Origin: a virus | Length of the DNA: 64,000 nucleotides | Reading direction: 5' to 3' (one strand) | Virus record (IMG/VR): IMGVR_UViG_3300031221_000001 | Coordinates: 31,138 to 95,137 of that record | Shown: positions 29,593-40,215 of the stretch, in pieces | Layout of the letters: every line of letters begins with the position of its first letter | Numbering within the stretch: position 1 is the first letter of the stretch | Notes under the pieces: generated by a model | Told to the model about the DNA's origin: nothing | What the model saw: the letters and a program-made list of their open reading frames with translations, nothing else | The model's database searches: none | Program-made: the position numbers and the translations under genes

Positions 29593-30776
29593 TAACTAGA
29601 ATTTCGACAATAAACGAACTCAAACAGATATACGTTGAGATCTTATTAAACAAAACAGATAAGATAACTAAAATATCTGACGAGAGCGTTAATAATGGCA
29701 TTGCGTATGGTATTGCTAAGATAGGCCAGAAAGCAGCTAAGGACATAGCACTAGTTGAAAGCCACTCCTTTCCGAACAGCGCTTTCGGGAAACACTTAGA
29801 TCAAGTTGCAGAAAAGAATGGGATTGCGCCTAGATTTGGAGCAAGTCAGTCATCAACTTATTTAAGGGTAGTGGCTACTCCAGGAACTGAATATGTAGTA
29901 GACACTCACACATTCTTCGGAAGCGGAGAGACGTTTGAACTAATTGAAGATGTTACTGTCGGCACTGAAGGATATGTGTACGCAAAAGTACGAAGCCAAG
30001 ATGTGGGACTGAAAACTAATCTTGCAGCACTGACCATAAATACAGTAACTCCACAACCGACAGGACATTTATTTGTAACAAATGAATATGAAGCTACTGG
30101 AGGTAGAAATGTTGAAGGAGATGCGTTATTCAAATTAAGAATTAAGGACGGTGCAAACATTAGTGCTAGAGGAACCTTAGCGTATATCACTCAAGTATTT
30201 TTGAAATTCAACTCAAACATACTTAGCGTATATAGTTATGGGGTGAATGATCAAAATCAAACAGTACTTGCAATAGCAACGCAGAACGGAGTAGATCTCA
30301 ATTCAGATGAATTGAGTCAATTATCTGTAGACGTAGCGCCGTATTTAAGTTTGACTGAATTTAATTCAGTAACCAACAATAGTATAGGAGTAGAATTGAG
30401 AAATGTAGAGTATCAAGAAATAGACATTAGCTTTAGAACGGAGCTGATTCAATCAACCTCTGCAGACTCAATTAGAAAAGACCTACAAATTAGAATGAGC
30501 AAATATTTAGATATAAGAAACTGGAAGGCAGGACAGCAAGTTGAGTGGGATGCTCTGTTACAAATAGTCAAAGAACATCCAAGCATAAAATATGTTGCAG
30601 ATTCATTCTTTTCTCCAAGAAGAGATGTGTATGTTGAGCCAGGAAAGTTTCCTAGGGTTCGAGGATTTGTGATGCTCGATCTCGATGGTAAATTAATCAA
30701 TGACAATCAAGGACTGCTAGATCCAATCTTCTATCCGAACGATATAGACTTTAGCTTTCAACAAACTATACTATAA
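29589..30776 (+). CDS. Baseplate J-like protein
   Basis: AFGKHLD..A...GI.PR; TGGRNVEGDALFKLRI; ARGT. Confidence 0.85.
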   Translation: MITRISTINELKQIYVEILLNKTDKITKISDESVNNGIAYGIAKIGQKAAKDIALVESHSFPNSAFGKHLDQVAEKNGIAPRFGASQSSTYLRVVATPGTEYVVDTHTFFGSGETFELIEDVTVGTEGYVYAKVRSQDVGLKTNLAALTINTVTPQPTGHLFVTNEYEATGGRNVEGDALFKLRIKDGANISARGTLAYITQVFLKFNSNILSVYSYGVNDQNQTVLAIATQNGVDLNSDELSQLSVDVAPYLSLTEFNSVTNNSIGVELRNVEYQEIDISFRTELIQSTSADSIRKDLQIRMSKYLDIRNWKAGQQVEWDALLQIVKEHPSIKYVADSFFSPRRDVYVEPGKFPRVRGFVMLDLDGKLINDNQGLLDPIFYPNDIDFSFQQTIL

Positions 30777-33058
30777 TGAGTGGAGTCTCCGATTTAACCT
30801 CTGCAGGAAAGACTAAGACCATAGTATCTAATCCTAGTGGTCAGGTAAAGAACGCAACTACATACTACAAAGATTGTGGATTGCCTAATACACCTCCAAT
30901 TTTAGAGGATATTAGAATTAGAATCGACAGCAATTCTACCCATCAGTTCACTACATCAGATTTTTTGGAAAAATATCAAGATGTAGAAGGCGACTTGCCG
31001 TTAAGTGTCGTTGTAACTAGAGTGCCTAATAAAGGAACCTTAAAGCTAAATCAAATTCCAGTAATAAATGGTCAAAAGATTTCGTTTTCACAGATAGAGA
31101 GCTTGTCATTCACTCCTGCAGAAGGAGGTGGTGGAATTAAATACACTAACTGCAAAGTTCAAATTAATGACGATGGGATTGCTCCGAATCCGTTTAGTGT
31201 GGTTTCTAAAATAACGTTTGACGTAATTATAAACGAACCACCATCAGTACAAGACAACAGCATTTCAATCATAGACGATGAATCCTACACTTTTAAGGTC
31301 AACGACTTTCTTATAGGATTCGTTGATAGTCAAAATGATCAGCCATTACAGTTGCAGATACAGTCTCTTCCAGAACAAGGAATTCTCAGACTTGACGGAC
31401 AAACGTTAACTGTAGGACAAATAATTGGAATCTCACAAGCACAGCTAATAAGATACATCCCAACACAAAATTCATTCGGAACTCCAGTCACTAGCTTCTT
31501 ATTTGCTGTTAGCGATGAAGGTTCTCAAGAGTTTAGTGAAAGTGCACAAATGTTCATTAACGTAAACGCCAGGCCACAGTTCAATGGGTCTGTGATTACA
31601 TTAGAGTTCAATTCTTCGTTCAGATTCTCACAAGACTTTTTTAATCAAAGAACTGTAGATCCTGACGAAGATGGTTTGAGCGCAATAAAAATAATCAATC
31701 CGCCAGCAGTTGGTCAATTGACATTCAAAGGCGTTCAAGTTCAGCAGAATCAAGCAATACCAATATCCTCACTAAGTCAATTCGAATTAAAGTACACTCC
31801 TATAATAGGACAGTCAGGATACGGATATACTACAATAATATTTCAAGTAAGAGATGCTGATAGTGAGAGTCCTGCTTGGAGTAACGCTAACACTACGACA
31901 GTTAATGTATTGGAAGAAGTCAATGAGCCACCTACAGTTTCTAATGGATTATCATTTACCATAGAGACCTCAACAGAATATTCATTTACGTGGGCACAGT
32001 TTGAGAATGAGTTTGTAGATCCTGAAGGCGATCCTATGCAAACGGTGAGAATAGAATCTCTTCCACAGATTGGATCTCTAATCTATCTAGGCAATCCAGT
32101 TGCGCAAGGAGATGAATTTACACAAGCACAAGTTGCAGATTTGAAATATCAATCGGCACTCGTAGCTCCTCTAACAGAAGCGTTTAGTTGGTCTGCAGAA
32201 GATAGTGTAGGTCAATTTAGCAACATAGGAACAGTGACAGCAACGATAGAGCAGCCAGTACAACCTGCTCCAGACACGATAGCGTTAGAAATTGCTGTAG
32301 GAGGGTGTAGAGTTGTTGCAAATAATTGGACACCTGCATGGATTTTGGCAACCGACTTTGTAGAACTTAACACGATAGTGTATTCAGATGAGCTATTAAC
32401 TCAAAGAGTAAATGGACAAAATCAAATTCACAGAATCAAGCAAATTCCGTTTGTAATTCCAAAAGAATTTGTAATCAACTCTCAAGGAGAAATTACTTTA
32501 GTCAGGAATTGTGGACTTCAAGTATCAGCAGCTTCAGTCGAAGTTGCGCCAGGTAATTGTACCGATTCGATTGGAGATCTGCAATTTACAGAGCTTTTTT
32601 ATTCGTCAGGAGCTACTTTGGAAGAAGGAACGATTTTATACACAGAAGATTCGTTGACTACAAAATTCAATGGTGGTGGAAACGATTATAGATTTAAAAG
32701 TGTAAATGGATTGCTAATTGAGCAACTATTTACAATAGAAAGTAATGGAGAAATTGGTAGCGCAGATGCTTGCATCAATGCTCAAGGATATGACGGAGTG
32801 CTTTTAGTCAATGACTGTTCGACTAGTGGAGGACTAAATACCCTAGTTGATTTAACAGATACGACAGTAGGAGGAGTAGCGTTTTATCCAGGATCGCTTG
32901 ACAGATTTCCTGGTCAAGATCTCTTGTATAGAATAAGTTTCGGAGGAGAAAATCAGTTTTATCCTCCAGGAGCAACTCAACTAATTATTTCATCGTTCTT
33001 AGTAAAGATAAACAATAACGGACAAATCACTCAACGAAATCAATGTAGCATTTTTTAA
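30776..33058 (+). CDS. Tandem Ig/cadherin-like repeat protein, putative adhesin or tail appendage
   Basis: About 4 repeats of ~100 aa (NxPP...F...D.EGD...I.SLP..G.L...G) plus 3 Cys-bounded C-terminal repeats. Confidence 0.7.
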   Translation: MSGVSDLTSAGKTKTIVSNPSGQVKNATTYYKDCGLPNTPPILEDIRIRIDSNSTHQFTTSDFLEKYQDVEGDLPLSVVVTRVPNKGTLKLNQIPVINGQKISFSQIESLSFTPAEGGGGIKYTNCKVQINDDGIAPNPFSVVSKITFDVIINEPPSVQDNSISIIDDESYTFKVNDFLIGFVDSQNDQPLQLQIQSLPEQGILRLDGQTLTVGQIIGISQAQLIRYIPTQNSFGTPVTSFLFAVSDEGSQEFSESAQMFINVNARPQFNGSVITLEFNSSFRFSQDFFNQRTVDPDEDGLSAIKIINPPAVGQLTFKGVQVQQNQAIPISSLSQFELKYTPIIGQSGYGYTTIIFQVRDADSESPAWSNANTTTVNVLEEVNEPPTVSNGLSFTIETSTEYSFTWAQFENEFVDPEGDPMQTVRIESLPQIGSLIYLGNPVAQGDEFTQAQVADLKYQSALVAPLTEAFSWSAEDSVGQFSNIGTVTATIEQPVQPAPDTIALEIAVGGCRVVANNWTPAWILATDFVELNTIVYSDELLTQRVNGQNQIHRIKQIPFVIPKEFVINSQGEITLVRNCGLQVSAASVEVAPGNCTDSIGDLQFTELFYSSGATLEEGTILYTEDSLTTKFNGGGNDYRFKSVNGLLIEQLFTIESNGEIGSADACINAQGYDGVLLVNDCSTSGGLNTLVDLTDTTVGGVAFYPGSLDRFPGQDLLYRISFGGENQFYPPGATQLIISSFLVKINNNGQITQRNQCSIF

Positions 33059-33060
33059 TT

Positions 33061-34797
33061 ATGACAGAAGTAAACAACATACTATCGAGTACTGGACAAG
33101 CGATTAGGTTTAAGCTTGACGGTCCTATTACTGGCGTTGAAGGCATTGAAGGATTTACTGATAAAGTGACTGGAGAGGATCAGTTTAAGTTTATTGAGAA
33201 AGAATTTAGATTTACAACAGATGCGATAAATTGGGGGAATTGGATTGAATTAACTGATCAAAATTTACAGCAAATCGACATCAAGCCTCAATTTGATTTT
33301 GATATCGAATATAGGTACACAAGAAGAGGCTCTGAGGGAGGAGAGATTGAGTGGTGTTGGATCAATTTAAACACAGTCAAAGCCGACACTAATTGTGGAG
33401 AGGCTTTTAGTGACAGTATATTTGCACAATTTTTTAATTGTTGCTGTGATCAGGAGGTGCTAAATTGGTGTACAAATGTTCTTGAAAAAGTGTATGCATC
33501 AGGAATTGTGTCGAAGAGCTTAGTGAGAAATCAAAATCGGAACTTGAATAATGAAGATAGAGACTATATCGATTTTTGGAGATCAATAACCTGCTACTTT
33601 GCATTATTTGTCGCATATGCAAGAAAGTTTGAAAATTTAGATCAAGAACAGAGCTTGTTGACTGAATACTTGACTCAGAGAGGAATGTACCTATCTAGTG
33701 ATCAGCCATTAGATTCGATGCAGACGTTAATGAAGAGATATCACAATCAAATCTCGAAGAGATCGACAATTAGAATGGTTCAGTCTTCAGAAGAGATTGA
33801 TGGAGAGTTATTGAGACTAACATCTTACGATGCACATCAAGACGAATTCCTATTCAGCTCATCAAACAGTAAAACTTGTGGGTGGAGCGTTAATCAAAAC
33901 AGTCCTTTATTTAGAACAATTCACAATCAACTAGATTTAATTAAAATCTACAACATTCCGAAAGACGCTCAGATAGCTTCAGAAGTGTTTCCACTAATAA
34001 ATGAAGATGCGTGTACATTGGTGAACTCTTCTTCATCACTAGGATCTGCAGCAGTGAAAGAGCCTCCAATACTAGAAATTACGCCAGTGATCTCTCAAAA
34101 AAGTGGAATAAGTGTAGGAGGAATTCTTTCACAGACACAGGGACTTTTCGAAGAAGGGCTATTCGAAGAAGGATTGTTCGAGCAAGGATCTACGCCAGGA
34201 CAAAATGCAGAAGACTTTAAGGTGATTGTAAGCTCAAACATAACATACGCATTATCTTTCTATATGAAGACAACAGATCTTTCAGCAAAAATAAGTGTAA
34301 GTGGTCTAGGATTTGACGGACTAGATCGAGTGGTCAATCCATTAAATTTAGGAGTGACTACTGGAGGACTGTCTGTAACAAAGCTGTCCAATGTCGCATT
34401 GAACAAAATTACTTTACCTAAGGTAGATCAATGGTACTATGTTAGAGTGATCTTATTCAACTCATCGCAACGATTTATTGACGATCCTGAAGTACTAAAA
34501 ACATCGTTGGGTGTAGGTAATAATTTAAAAATGAGTAATTCTATGATAAGGTTTGCTCCAGAAGTTGTGTTAGATAATACAAATTCCGATATTGCACCGT
34601 CAACTAAAATATCTCTAAAAAATATTGAATTCAAACCGTTAAATACTGACTACGGAAAAGGATTTGTTGGAGGAACTTCTTTAATTGAAACTTGGATGAA
34701 AAACAACTCATTACAGCTAAATGAAGAAGACATTAATCAAGCTGTCAGAAACGATCTTATTCCATATAAAATGGGATTTGTAAACAATTTTATATAA
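33061..34797 (+). CDS. Baseplate / tail structural protein
   Basis: Synteny; 578 aa; contains GLFEE x3. Confidence 0.6.
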   Translation: MTEVNNILSSTGQAIRFKLDGPITGVEGIEGFTDKVTGEDQFKFIEKEFRFTTDAINWGNWIELTDQNLQQIDIKPQFDFDIEYRYTRRGSEGGEIEWCWINLNTVKADTNCGEAFSDSIFAQFFNCCCDQEVLNWCTNVLEKVYASGIVSKSLVRNQNRNLNNEDRDYIDFWRSITCYFALFVAYARKFENLDQEQSLLTEYLTQRGMYLSSDQPLDSMQTLMKRYHNQISKRSTIRMVQSSEEIDGELLRLTSYDAHQDEFLFSSSNSKTCGWSVNQNSPLFRTIHNQLDLIKIYNIPKDAQIASEVFPLINEDACTLVNSSSSLGSAAVKEPPILEITPVISQKSGISVGGILSQTQGLFEEGLFEEGLFEQGSTPGQNAEDFKVIVSSNITYALSFYMKTTDLSAKISVSGLGFDGLDRVVNPLNLGVTTGGLSVTKLSNVALNKITLPKVDQWYYVRVILFNSSQRFIDDPEVLKTSLGVGNNLKMSNSMIRFAPEVVLDNTNSDIAPSTKISLKNIEFKPLNTDYGKGFVGGTSLIETWMKNNSLQLNEEDINQAVRNDLIPYKMGFVNNFI

Positions 34798-36704
34798 TGG
34801 ATTTAAAAATATCAAACAATCTTTTTTTAGGACTTCAAGAACTTGAACATCTCAAGCAATCTCTTAAAAAAGATGGATATGAAAGACTGTTCAAACATAT
34901 GATATCCTCATATGGAGTTGTGCGTCCATTTGAAGACAATGAGTTTACGAACTTAGAAATAGTAAGCTCAGGACTTGGAAACATAACTTTAAGAGCAGGC
35001 ATTGCAATAGACTCAGAGCTTAACGCAATACAAATCGATCAAGATCAAACGGCAATAATCAATGTACCCAACGATCAAGTCGAAAGGAACGTTATAATCA
35101 GCTACAGAGAGACGGTTTTAGAAGAAGGAACTATAAATATTCAGCAAGATGGTACCATAGTGGGTGTCGAAACAGAATTTATCAAAAAGTTGAGAGGATT
35201 GCCAAACTTTCCTTCGAAAATAGTCTTTCCTTTATCAGAAAACAATACTAAGGAATATACAATTCAAGCAGTACAGAACGATAACGTAGCAACGTTGAAC
35301 GTTGTTGGAAGTGAGCTTGTTGCAGAAAGCAATCAAGCATACAGTGTTGTGGGAACATTTACTGCAGGAATTGCAATTCCTACAATAGATAAGTTTCCTT
35401 TAATTCGAGACGGATATCAAATAGAACTTAGAGAAGAATCTGAGCTAATTCAAGGAAAGGAGTTTGTATTAGCTACTGTAACGCGTAACGGTACGATTGT
35501 TAATATTGAAGATAAAAGACTAGACAACATCTTCAACTTCTTAACCCAAGACGTGCAGGCAACTAACTCTAGTGAGTTTGAAAGCGAGAACATAGCCTGT
35601 ACAGAAGTTAAGTTCAAACCTAGTGCAGGAGCAGTCGATTCGAGTGATGTAAGAGTTGAGTGGGGAGTTCGAAGCGTTTCTTGGAGCGTAAATCCGACTA
35701 CACGAAGATTAAGAATTTTCGATGGCAAAGGAGGTTCCTGGGACGACTTTTCAGAATTCACTGCAGGAGATTTTCAAGGACAATATGTTGTTTTCGAAAA
35801 CGGACAGAGCTGTGAAATTTTAGAAAGTCAACTAATTGACGGAGACATTGAATTAGAGCTAGAATATCAGTCAAGCTATTTAAGTGACGGAGCAATTAGA
35901 ATTGGTCCAGCAGGATTGATCGAACTTAGAGTGGTAAATAAGAGTAAGAACGTTACGTTTGAAAAAATTGTTCCAGGATTTGCAGGATTTGCACAGATAC
36001 AGCTACCTCCAGGGACTTATAACATTAAATATAGACTAATTGACGATAGACAGATAACTAGCTTCAGGAACGTCAAAGAAAACAGTTATTTAGGAGAGAA
36101 AAGCTTCAATGACAATGGCTTTTTAATTACTGGAAGTGAAGTCAATAAATTTTCAACTGATGGAGATGTTGAAGTTACTGTTGCTGACAATTCGTTGTTC
36201 AAACTTCTAAATAGCATTGTGTTTCCAGGAGTAGTGTGGGATTACTCTGGCGACATAGCGAACATTCCAAGCGGATGGGTATTGTGTAACGGACAGCAAA
36301 TAAATGCTCCAGGATCAATCTATAATGGACAAAATGCTCCAGACATACAAGGGAAAGTTACTGTAGGACAAAAATCTTCTGACAGCGATTTCGATACAGT
36401 AAAAGAGTCTGGAGGAGAGAAGTCACACACACTAACGGAAGACGAAATGCCTACTCACTCACACGAAGGAAATACAAATAGAGCAGGAAATCACTCGCAT
36501 GATGGATTTGCTGTAGGACCTTATGATGGAGCTGAACTTAGTGGAGGATTTGACGGAGGACCTAATCTTTTTAGACAAAGGCCAATACAAGTGAACAATA
36601 ATGGAGAACACGAACATACACTGAGTATTGAAAATAAAGGTGGAGGTCAGTCGCACAACAATCTACAACCGTACATAGTGATGTATAAAATTATGAAACT
36701 TTAA
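34797..36704 (+). CDS. Tail fibre / baseplate protein with a C-terminal tail-collar domain
   Basis: IPSGWVLCNG...PDIQGK, GGEKSHTLT..EMP.HSH and HNNLQPY..YKIMK. Confidence 0.8.
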   Translation: MDLKISNNLFLGLQELEHLKQSLKKDGYERLFKHMISSYGVVRPFEDNEFTNLEIVSSGLGNITLRAGIAIDSELNAIQIDQDQTAIINVPNDQVERNVIISYRETVLEEGTINIQQDGTIVGVETEFIKKLRGLPNFPSKIVFPLSENNTKEYTIQAVQNDNVATLNVVGSELVAESNQAYSVVGTFTAGIAIPTIDKFPLIRDGYQIELREESELIQGKEFVLATVTRNGTIVNIEDKRLDNIFNFLTQDVQATNSSEFESENIACTEVKFKPSAGAVDSSDVRVEWGVRSVSWSVNPTTRRLRIFDGKGGSWDDFSEFTAGDFQGQYVVFENGQSCEILESQLIDGDIELELEYQSSYLSDGAIRIGPAGLIELRVVNKSKNVTFEKIVPGFAGFAQIQLPPGTYNIKYRLIDDRQITSFRNVKENSYLGEKSFNDNGFLITGSEVNKFSTDGDVEVTVADNSLFKLLNSIVFPGVVWDYSGDIANIPSGWVLCNGQQINAPGSIYNGQNAPDIQGKVTVGQKSSDSDFDTVKESGGEKSHTLTEDEMPTHSHEGNTNRAGNHSHDGFAVGPYDGAELSGGFDGGPNLFRQRPIQVNNNGEHEHTLSIENKGGGQSHNNLQPYIVMYKIMKL

Positions 36705-36707
36705 CAG

Positions 36708-37613
36708 ATGAAACTATACTATACAGGAGCTCCAGACTTCTTACAAGAGCAAGAAAATCCTCTTCAGTCTTTAGGAGGATACATTTCGAAATCTCCAGTT
36801 AAAAATGGAGGAGTTGCATCAATTTTCGGATCTATTTCACAGAAACTTCTTAGAGAGGGAAGTAAGGAGTACAGAATTGTTGCTTTAAAAAATGAAACAG
36901 AGTCAAGTAAAGCGATAACGCTATACTACTCCAATTTATCAAAGGATCCAGTATCTAGCTTTAAGATGGGATTGGTTGCACCAGCAACGGATGATTGTGA
37001 AGGCTTGTATGTGGAAAAGATAGCAAGTATATACAACAAGCCTGTAAGCGGATCATTTGCAGACAATAGAGGTGAAGCAAATGCGTTAAGATTTAGTATC
37101 GAACCTCAACAGTTTATAGGAATATGGATTGAGCGATCAATTAACAAATTCAAAGGATCACAGATATTGAGTTGTGAGAAAATGATAGCAGAATTCAACA
37201 CTGAAGACGTAAATCAAGAAATCGAAGTTTCAATTCAAGATAGTGACGTAATAGGAACCTACTGGACGTTTAATACAGTAGATAGTAGAGTTTATGTATG
37301 GTATGATGATGAGAGTAATCCTTCAGTAGTACAAGTAGCTGACAGAGAGGGCATTCGAGTTAAGGTTTCGTCAACTGACACCGAAGAGCAAGTTGCTCAA
37401 AAAACTCTCACAGTTCTTCAGTCAATTGTTGAAGAAAGAGGTGAAGCAACAGTCACTGTTCAAGGAACCACTTTAACAATAAAGCAAACTCAATCAGGAA
37501 AGGTGGAGGAGCCTAACGTAGGAACTTCACCAATAATGCTTTCACAAGAACAAGGACAGTCGTCAGTTCAAGAAACTTTAGAATCTTTAGAAATAACCAT
37601 AGATTATTTGTAA
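36708..37613 (+). CDS. Putative structural protein
   Basis: SLGGYIS motif; last gene of the tail module. Confidence 0.55.
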   Translation: MKLYYTGAPDFLQEQENPLQSLGGYISKSPVKNGGVASIFGSISQKLLREGSKEYRIVALKNETESSKAITLYYSNLSKDPVSSFKMGLVAPATDDCEGLYVEKIASIYNKPVSGSFADNRGEANALRFSIEPQQFIGIWIERSINKFKGSQILSCEKMIAEFNTEDVNQEIEVSIQDSDVIGTYWTFNTVDSRVYVWYDDESNPSVVQVADREGIRVKVSSTDTEEQVAQKTLTVLQSIVEERGEATVTVQGTTLTIKQTQSGKVEEPNVGTSPIMLSQEQGQSSVQETLESLEITIDYL

Positions 37614-37638
37614 TCAAAAGATATTTGTTCTATATTTA
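37607..37638 (+). promoter_or_regulatory. Bacteroidota-type promoter (TTTG-N20-TATATTTA) at the start of the replication block
   Basis: TTTG 37607-37610; TATATTTA 37631-37638. Confidence 0.55.
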
Positions 37639-38233
37639 TGAAATGAAGATTAGGACAGTGGTTTATCAATTATATAGCGACTTTGTTGTAAAGTTTTATA
37701 GCCTAGAGGATTCGATAGATAATTATACAAAGTCTGGAGACGTTATCGTTACAGACTTTTTGATTGAATTACATAAAAAGATAGGGCTACAATCGATTGG
37801 AGTAAAGGACATCTACAGATACCTAATATTTCAATTTGATTACTGGAGCTCTAAACAAGTTTCGTTTGGAGACAAAATTACTTTAAAGAGAGTGTTCGGA
37901 AAGTCTTCACTAAAAAGGTATTTTGAGAGAAGTGTAAATTTTTCTTGGTACAATGCAGAACTCAATCTTAGCCAATATCAAATCGAACCTTCAATGATAT
38001 CTCAATATCAAATCAAGAAGCTGAAAAACTTTTCAGAGCTTGATCCACAAGAAGAGATGGAGAAGCAAAGACACTTAAATCAAGACGAAGGGCTAAGAAA
38101 TTGCATTGAAGGAACTACGCTATTTAACCATAGAAGTCCTTCATGTACGACATGTAGAGTTAGAGACGTATGTAAAAAATTGTTGAAGAAAAATTATTTA
38201 GGAATATATATCGATAGAGGATATGATAGGTAG
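37625..38233 (+). CDS. Hypothetical protein with a C-terminal Cys cluster (likely start ATG 37643)
   Basis: C-x13-C-x2-C-x5-C near the C-terminus. Confidence 0.65.
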   Translation: MFYIYEMKIRTVVYQLYSDFVVKFYSLEDSIDNYTKSGDVIVTDFLIELHKKIGLQSIGVKDIYRYLIFQFDYWSSKQVSFGDKITLKRVFGKSSLKRYFERSVNFSWYNAELNLSQYQIEPSMISQYQIKKLKNFSELDPQEEMEKQRHLNQDEGLRNCIEGTTLFNHRSPSCTTCRVRDVCKKLLKKNYLGIYIDRGYDR

Positions 38234-38756
38234 TAGAGAAGTGAAGCGATGTGCAAAGTGTGATTGTGGAGAGAAAAGGTTGATTGTTAACAAAAGACAC
38301 AGTCTTTGTCAAGAAAAAAATAGAGAGAGGCTGGATCATAACAGCGGAGAAGAGAGGGTCGTTCAACGAAAGCTCGCTGCCAAATCTCTCACATCAAACA
38401 AAGGACTTTCTCCAGGCAAAAAGAGGTTGGGGCTGTCCAAAAAGAAGAAGGATACAAATACATCTTACAAGAAAGTGTGTGAGCAGATTGGTGAAGAAAG
38501 AGGAATGGAGTGTGAAGGTTGTGGAACGCATCAGAGGCTAAGCTTTAGTCACTTATCTCCTAGAAGTAGAAGACCTGACTTAATTGACGATCCAAGGAAT
38601 ATTCATATTCACTGTATGGACGGAGATGGTGTGGTAGGTTGTCATACAAAGTATGAGGCAGGAGATTGGGAAGAGCTTAATGACAAATGGACGATCGTAT
38701 TTTCGCTAAGAGAAATTGATCCAGAATATTTAAGAATAAAAACGATGAATCAATGA
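38223..38756 (+). CDS. Zn-binding HNH/NinG-like nuclease
   Basis: CEGCG...SH...RS......RNIHIHC...GCH..Y. Confidence 0.55.
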   Translation: MIGSREVKRCAKCDCGEKRLIVNKRHSLCQEKNRERLDHNSGEERVVQRKLAAKSLTSNKGLSPGKKRLGLSKKKKDTNTSYKKVCEQIGEERGMECEGCGTHQRLSFSHLSPRSRRPDLIDDPRNIHIHCMDGDGVVGCHTKYEAGDWEELNDKWTIVFSLREIDPEYLRIKTMNQ

Positions 38757-39271
38757 AGGGACATTTAACATATGCAGCAGCAGAATATGCTCAAGACTCT
38801 GATAGTAGAGGAGTAAGGCCAATTAGCTCAGTTGATGGACAGATCATTACAGAACTGATAGAACTTTTACAAGTTAAGGGACAGGGCGACATAGCTAAAG
38901 TTCTTGATCGATGGAAAGCTATTGATGATCAAGAAATATTAGACCATATAGTCGATTTGTCTAAAGGGGAATTAAGTGCCCTAGATAGTGAGATTTTAGA
39001 ATTTAAAGATACGAAAGTAGCATTTATTCAAATAAAAAATCATATCTTTGAAGCACATCAATTATTTAGTATAGAAACAAAGTCGTCATACAAAAATGGG
39101 CGATCATTATATTGTCTAATCATTAATGGAGTTGACGAAAACATGACATCAATAAGAGGTGTAAAGAAAACAAACGTCATCGTAGAATACTACTCCGAAA
39201 AGCAATTAAACAATGAAGTAGAATCAATTAAAAAAAAGCTAACTGAATACTCTAACTGTGTATTCTTATAA
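38753..39271 (+). CDS. Hypothetical protein
   Basis: 172 aa ORF with ATGA overlap. Confidence 0.7.
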   Translation: MKGHLTYAAAEYAQDSDSRGVRPISSVDGQIITELIELLQVKGQGDIAKVLDRWKAIDDQEILDHIVDLSKGELSALDSEILEFKDTKVAFIQIKNHIFEAHQLFSIETKSSYKNGRSLYCLIINGVDENMTSIRGVKKTNVIVEYYSEKQLNNEVESIKKKLTEYSNCVFL

Positions 39272-39279
39272 GACGTATT

Positions 39280-39534
39280 ATGAGCAAGAAAATAGATATC
39301 AATGAGAAAACAGATTTCACTACTGCAGCGCTAGTAGATCACCTCAACAAAGAGTTTGGATCAAAGGAAACAGGAGAGCTGTTTACTTTAGGAGACGTTC
39401 AACAATACTTGAGAAGAGGGTTTCTTCCAAAAAAATATGGAAACAACACTTTAGAGAGAATTGAAAACGCTCAAGTTGGATTGAAGTTGATAAGACTTCG
39501 TCCTGACAGTAAGGGAAAGCTGAAGCAAGACTAA
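39280..39534 (+). CDS. Hypothetical protein, possibly DNA-binding
   Basis: 84 aa ORF. Confidence 0.65.
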   Translation: MSKKIDINEKTDFTTAALVDHLNKEFGSKETGELFTLGDVQQYLRRGFLPKKYGNNTLERIENAQVGLKLIRLRPDSKGKLKQD

Positions 39535-39552
39535 CCACATAAACAATTGTAA

Positions 39553-40215
39553 ATGAAAGTAGCAAACATCGCTATCTGGGATCTAGAGACTGGAGGACTG
39601 AAAAAAGATAAACATGCAGTGGCAGAGATCGCCATCATCATCATCAATTCTGAAACATTAGAAGAGGTAGATAGGTACGAAGCGATCATAGCACCGTACG
39701 AATTGCCTAATGGAGAAATGGTTCAGTATGATCAAAGAGCGTTAGACTATAACGGACTGACTATGAGAAGGATTGAGGCTGGAGAAGACCCTAAAACAGT
39801 AGCTAGAGCAGTTCGTGATTTATGTAAAAAGCATAAAATAGGATTGCGTGGAGGTAATGGAAAATTAATTCCTGCAGGACACAATTTAGAAGCGTTTGAT
39901 ATACCTTTCTTCGAATACTTTCTGTCTTTATTTAAAATAAAGTACAGTGACCTATTTCAAACTTGGTCATTAGATACGTTATGGGTGACCAGACTAAAAT
40001 GGGTTGCTGACGGAAGTATTTTGAATCACAAATTAGGAACTGCTTGTGAAACCGCTGGAGTTCCGTTAATAGATGCCCACAGGGCAATGAACGATGTCGA
40101 AGCTAATACAGAACTAGTTCGATTCTTTCTAAGATTATTGAGAGGGGATGGACGGTCTGGAGAAGCTGTGATGGCTACTGTAAAGGAAAGGGCTAGAGCA
40201 ACTTTCAAATTTTAA
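39553..40215 (+). CDS. DEDDh 3'-5' exonuclease (DNA Pol III epsilon-like)
   Basis: DLETGG, GHN..FD and AHRAMND motifs. Confidence 0.9.
   Translation: MKVANIAIWDLETGGLKKDKHAVAEIAIIIINSETLEEVDRYEAIIAPYELPNGEMVQYDQRALDYNGLTMRRIEAGEDPKTVARAVRDLCKKHKIGLRGGNGKLIPAGHNLEAFDIPFFEYFLSLFKIKYSDLFQTWSLDTLWVTRLKWVADGSILNHKLGTACETAGVPLIDAHRAMNDVEANTELVRFFLRLLRGDGRSGEAVMATVKERARATFKF

Noticed and set aside
30776-37613. Diversity-generating retroelement or invertible tail-fibre cassette
   Set aside because: No reverse transcriptase, invertase or template/variable repeat pair was seen.
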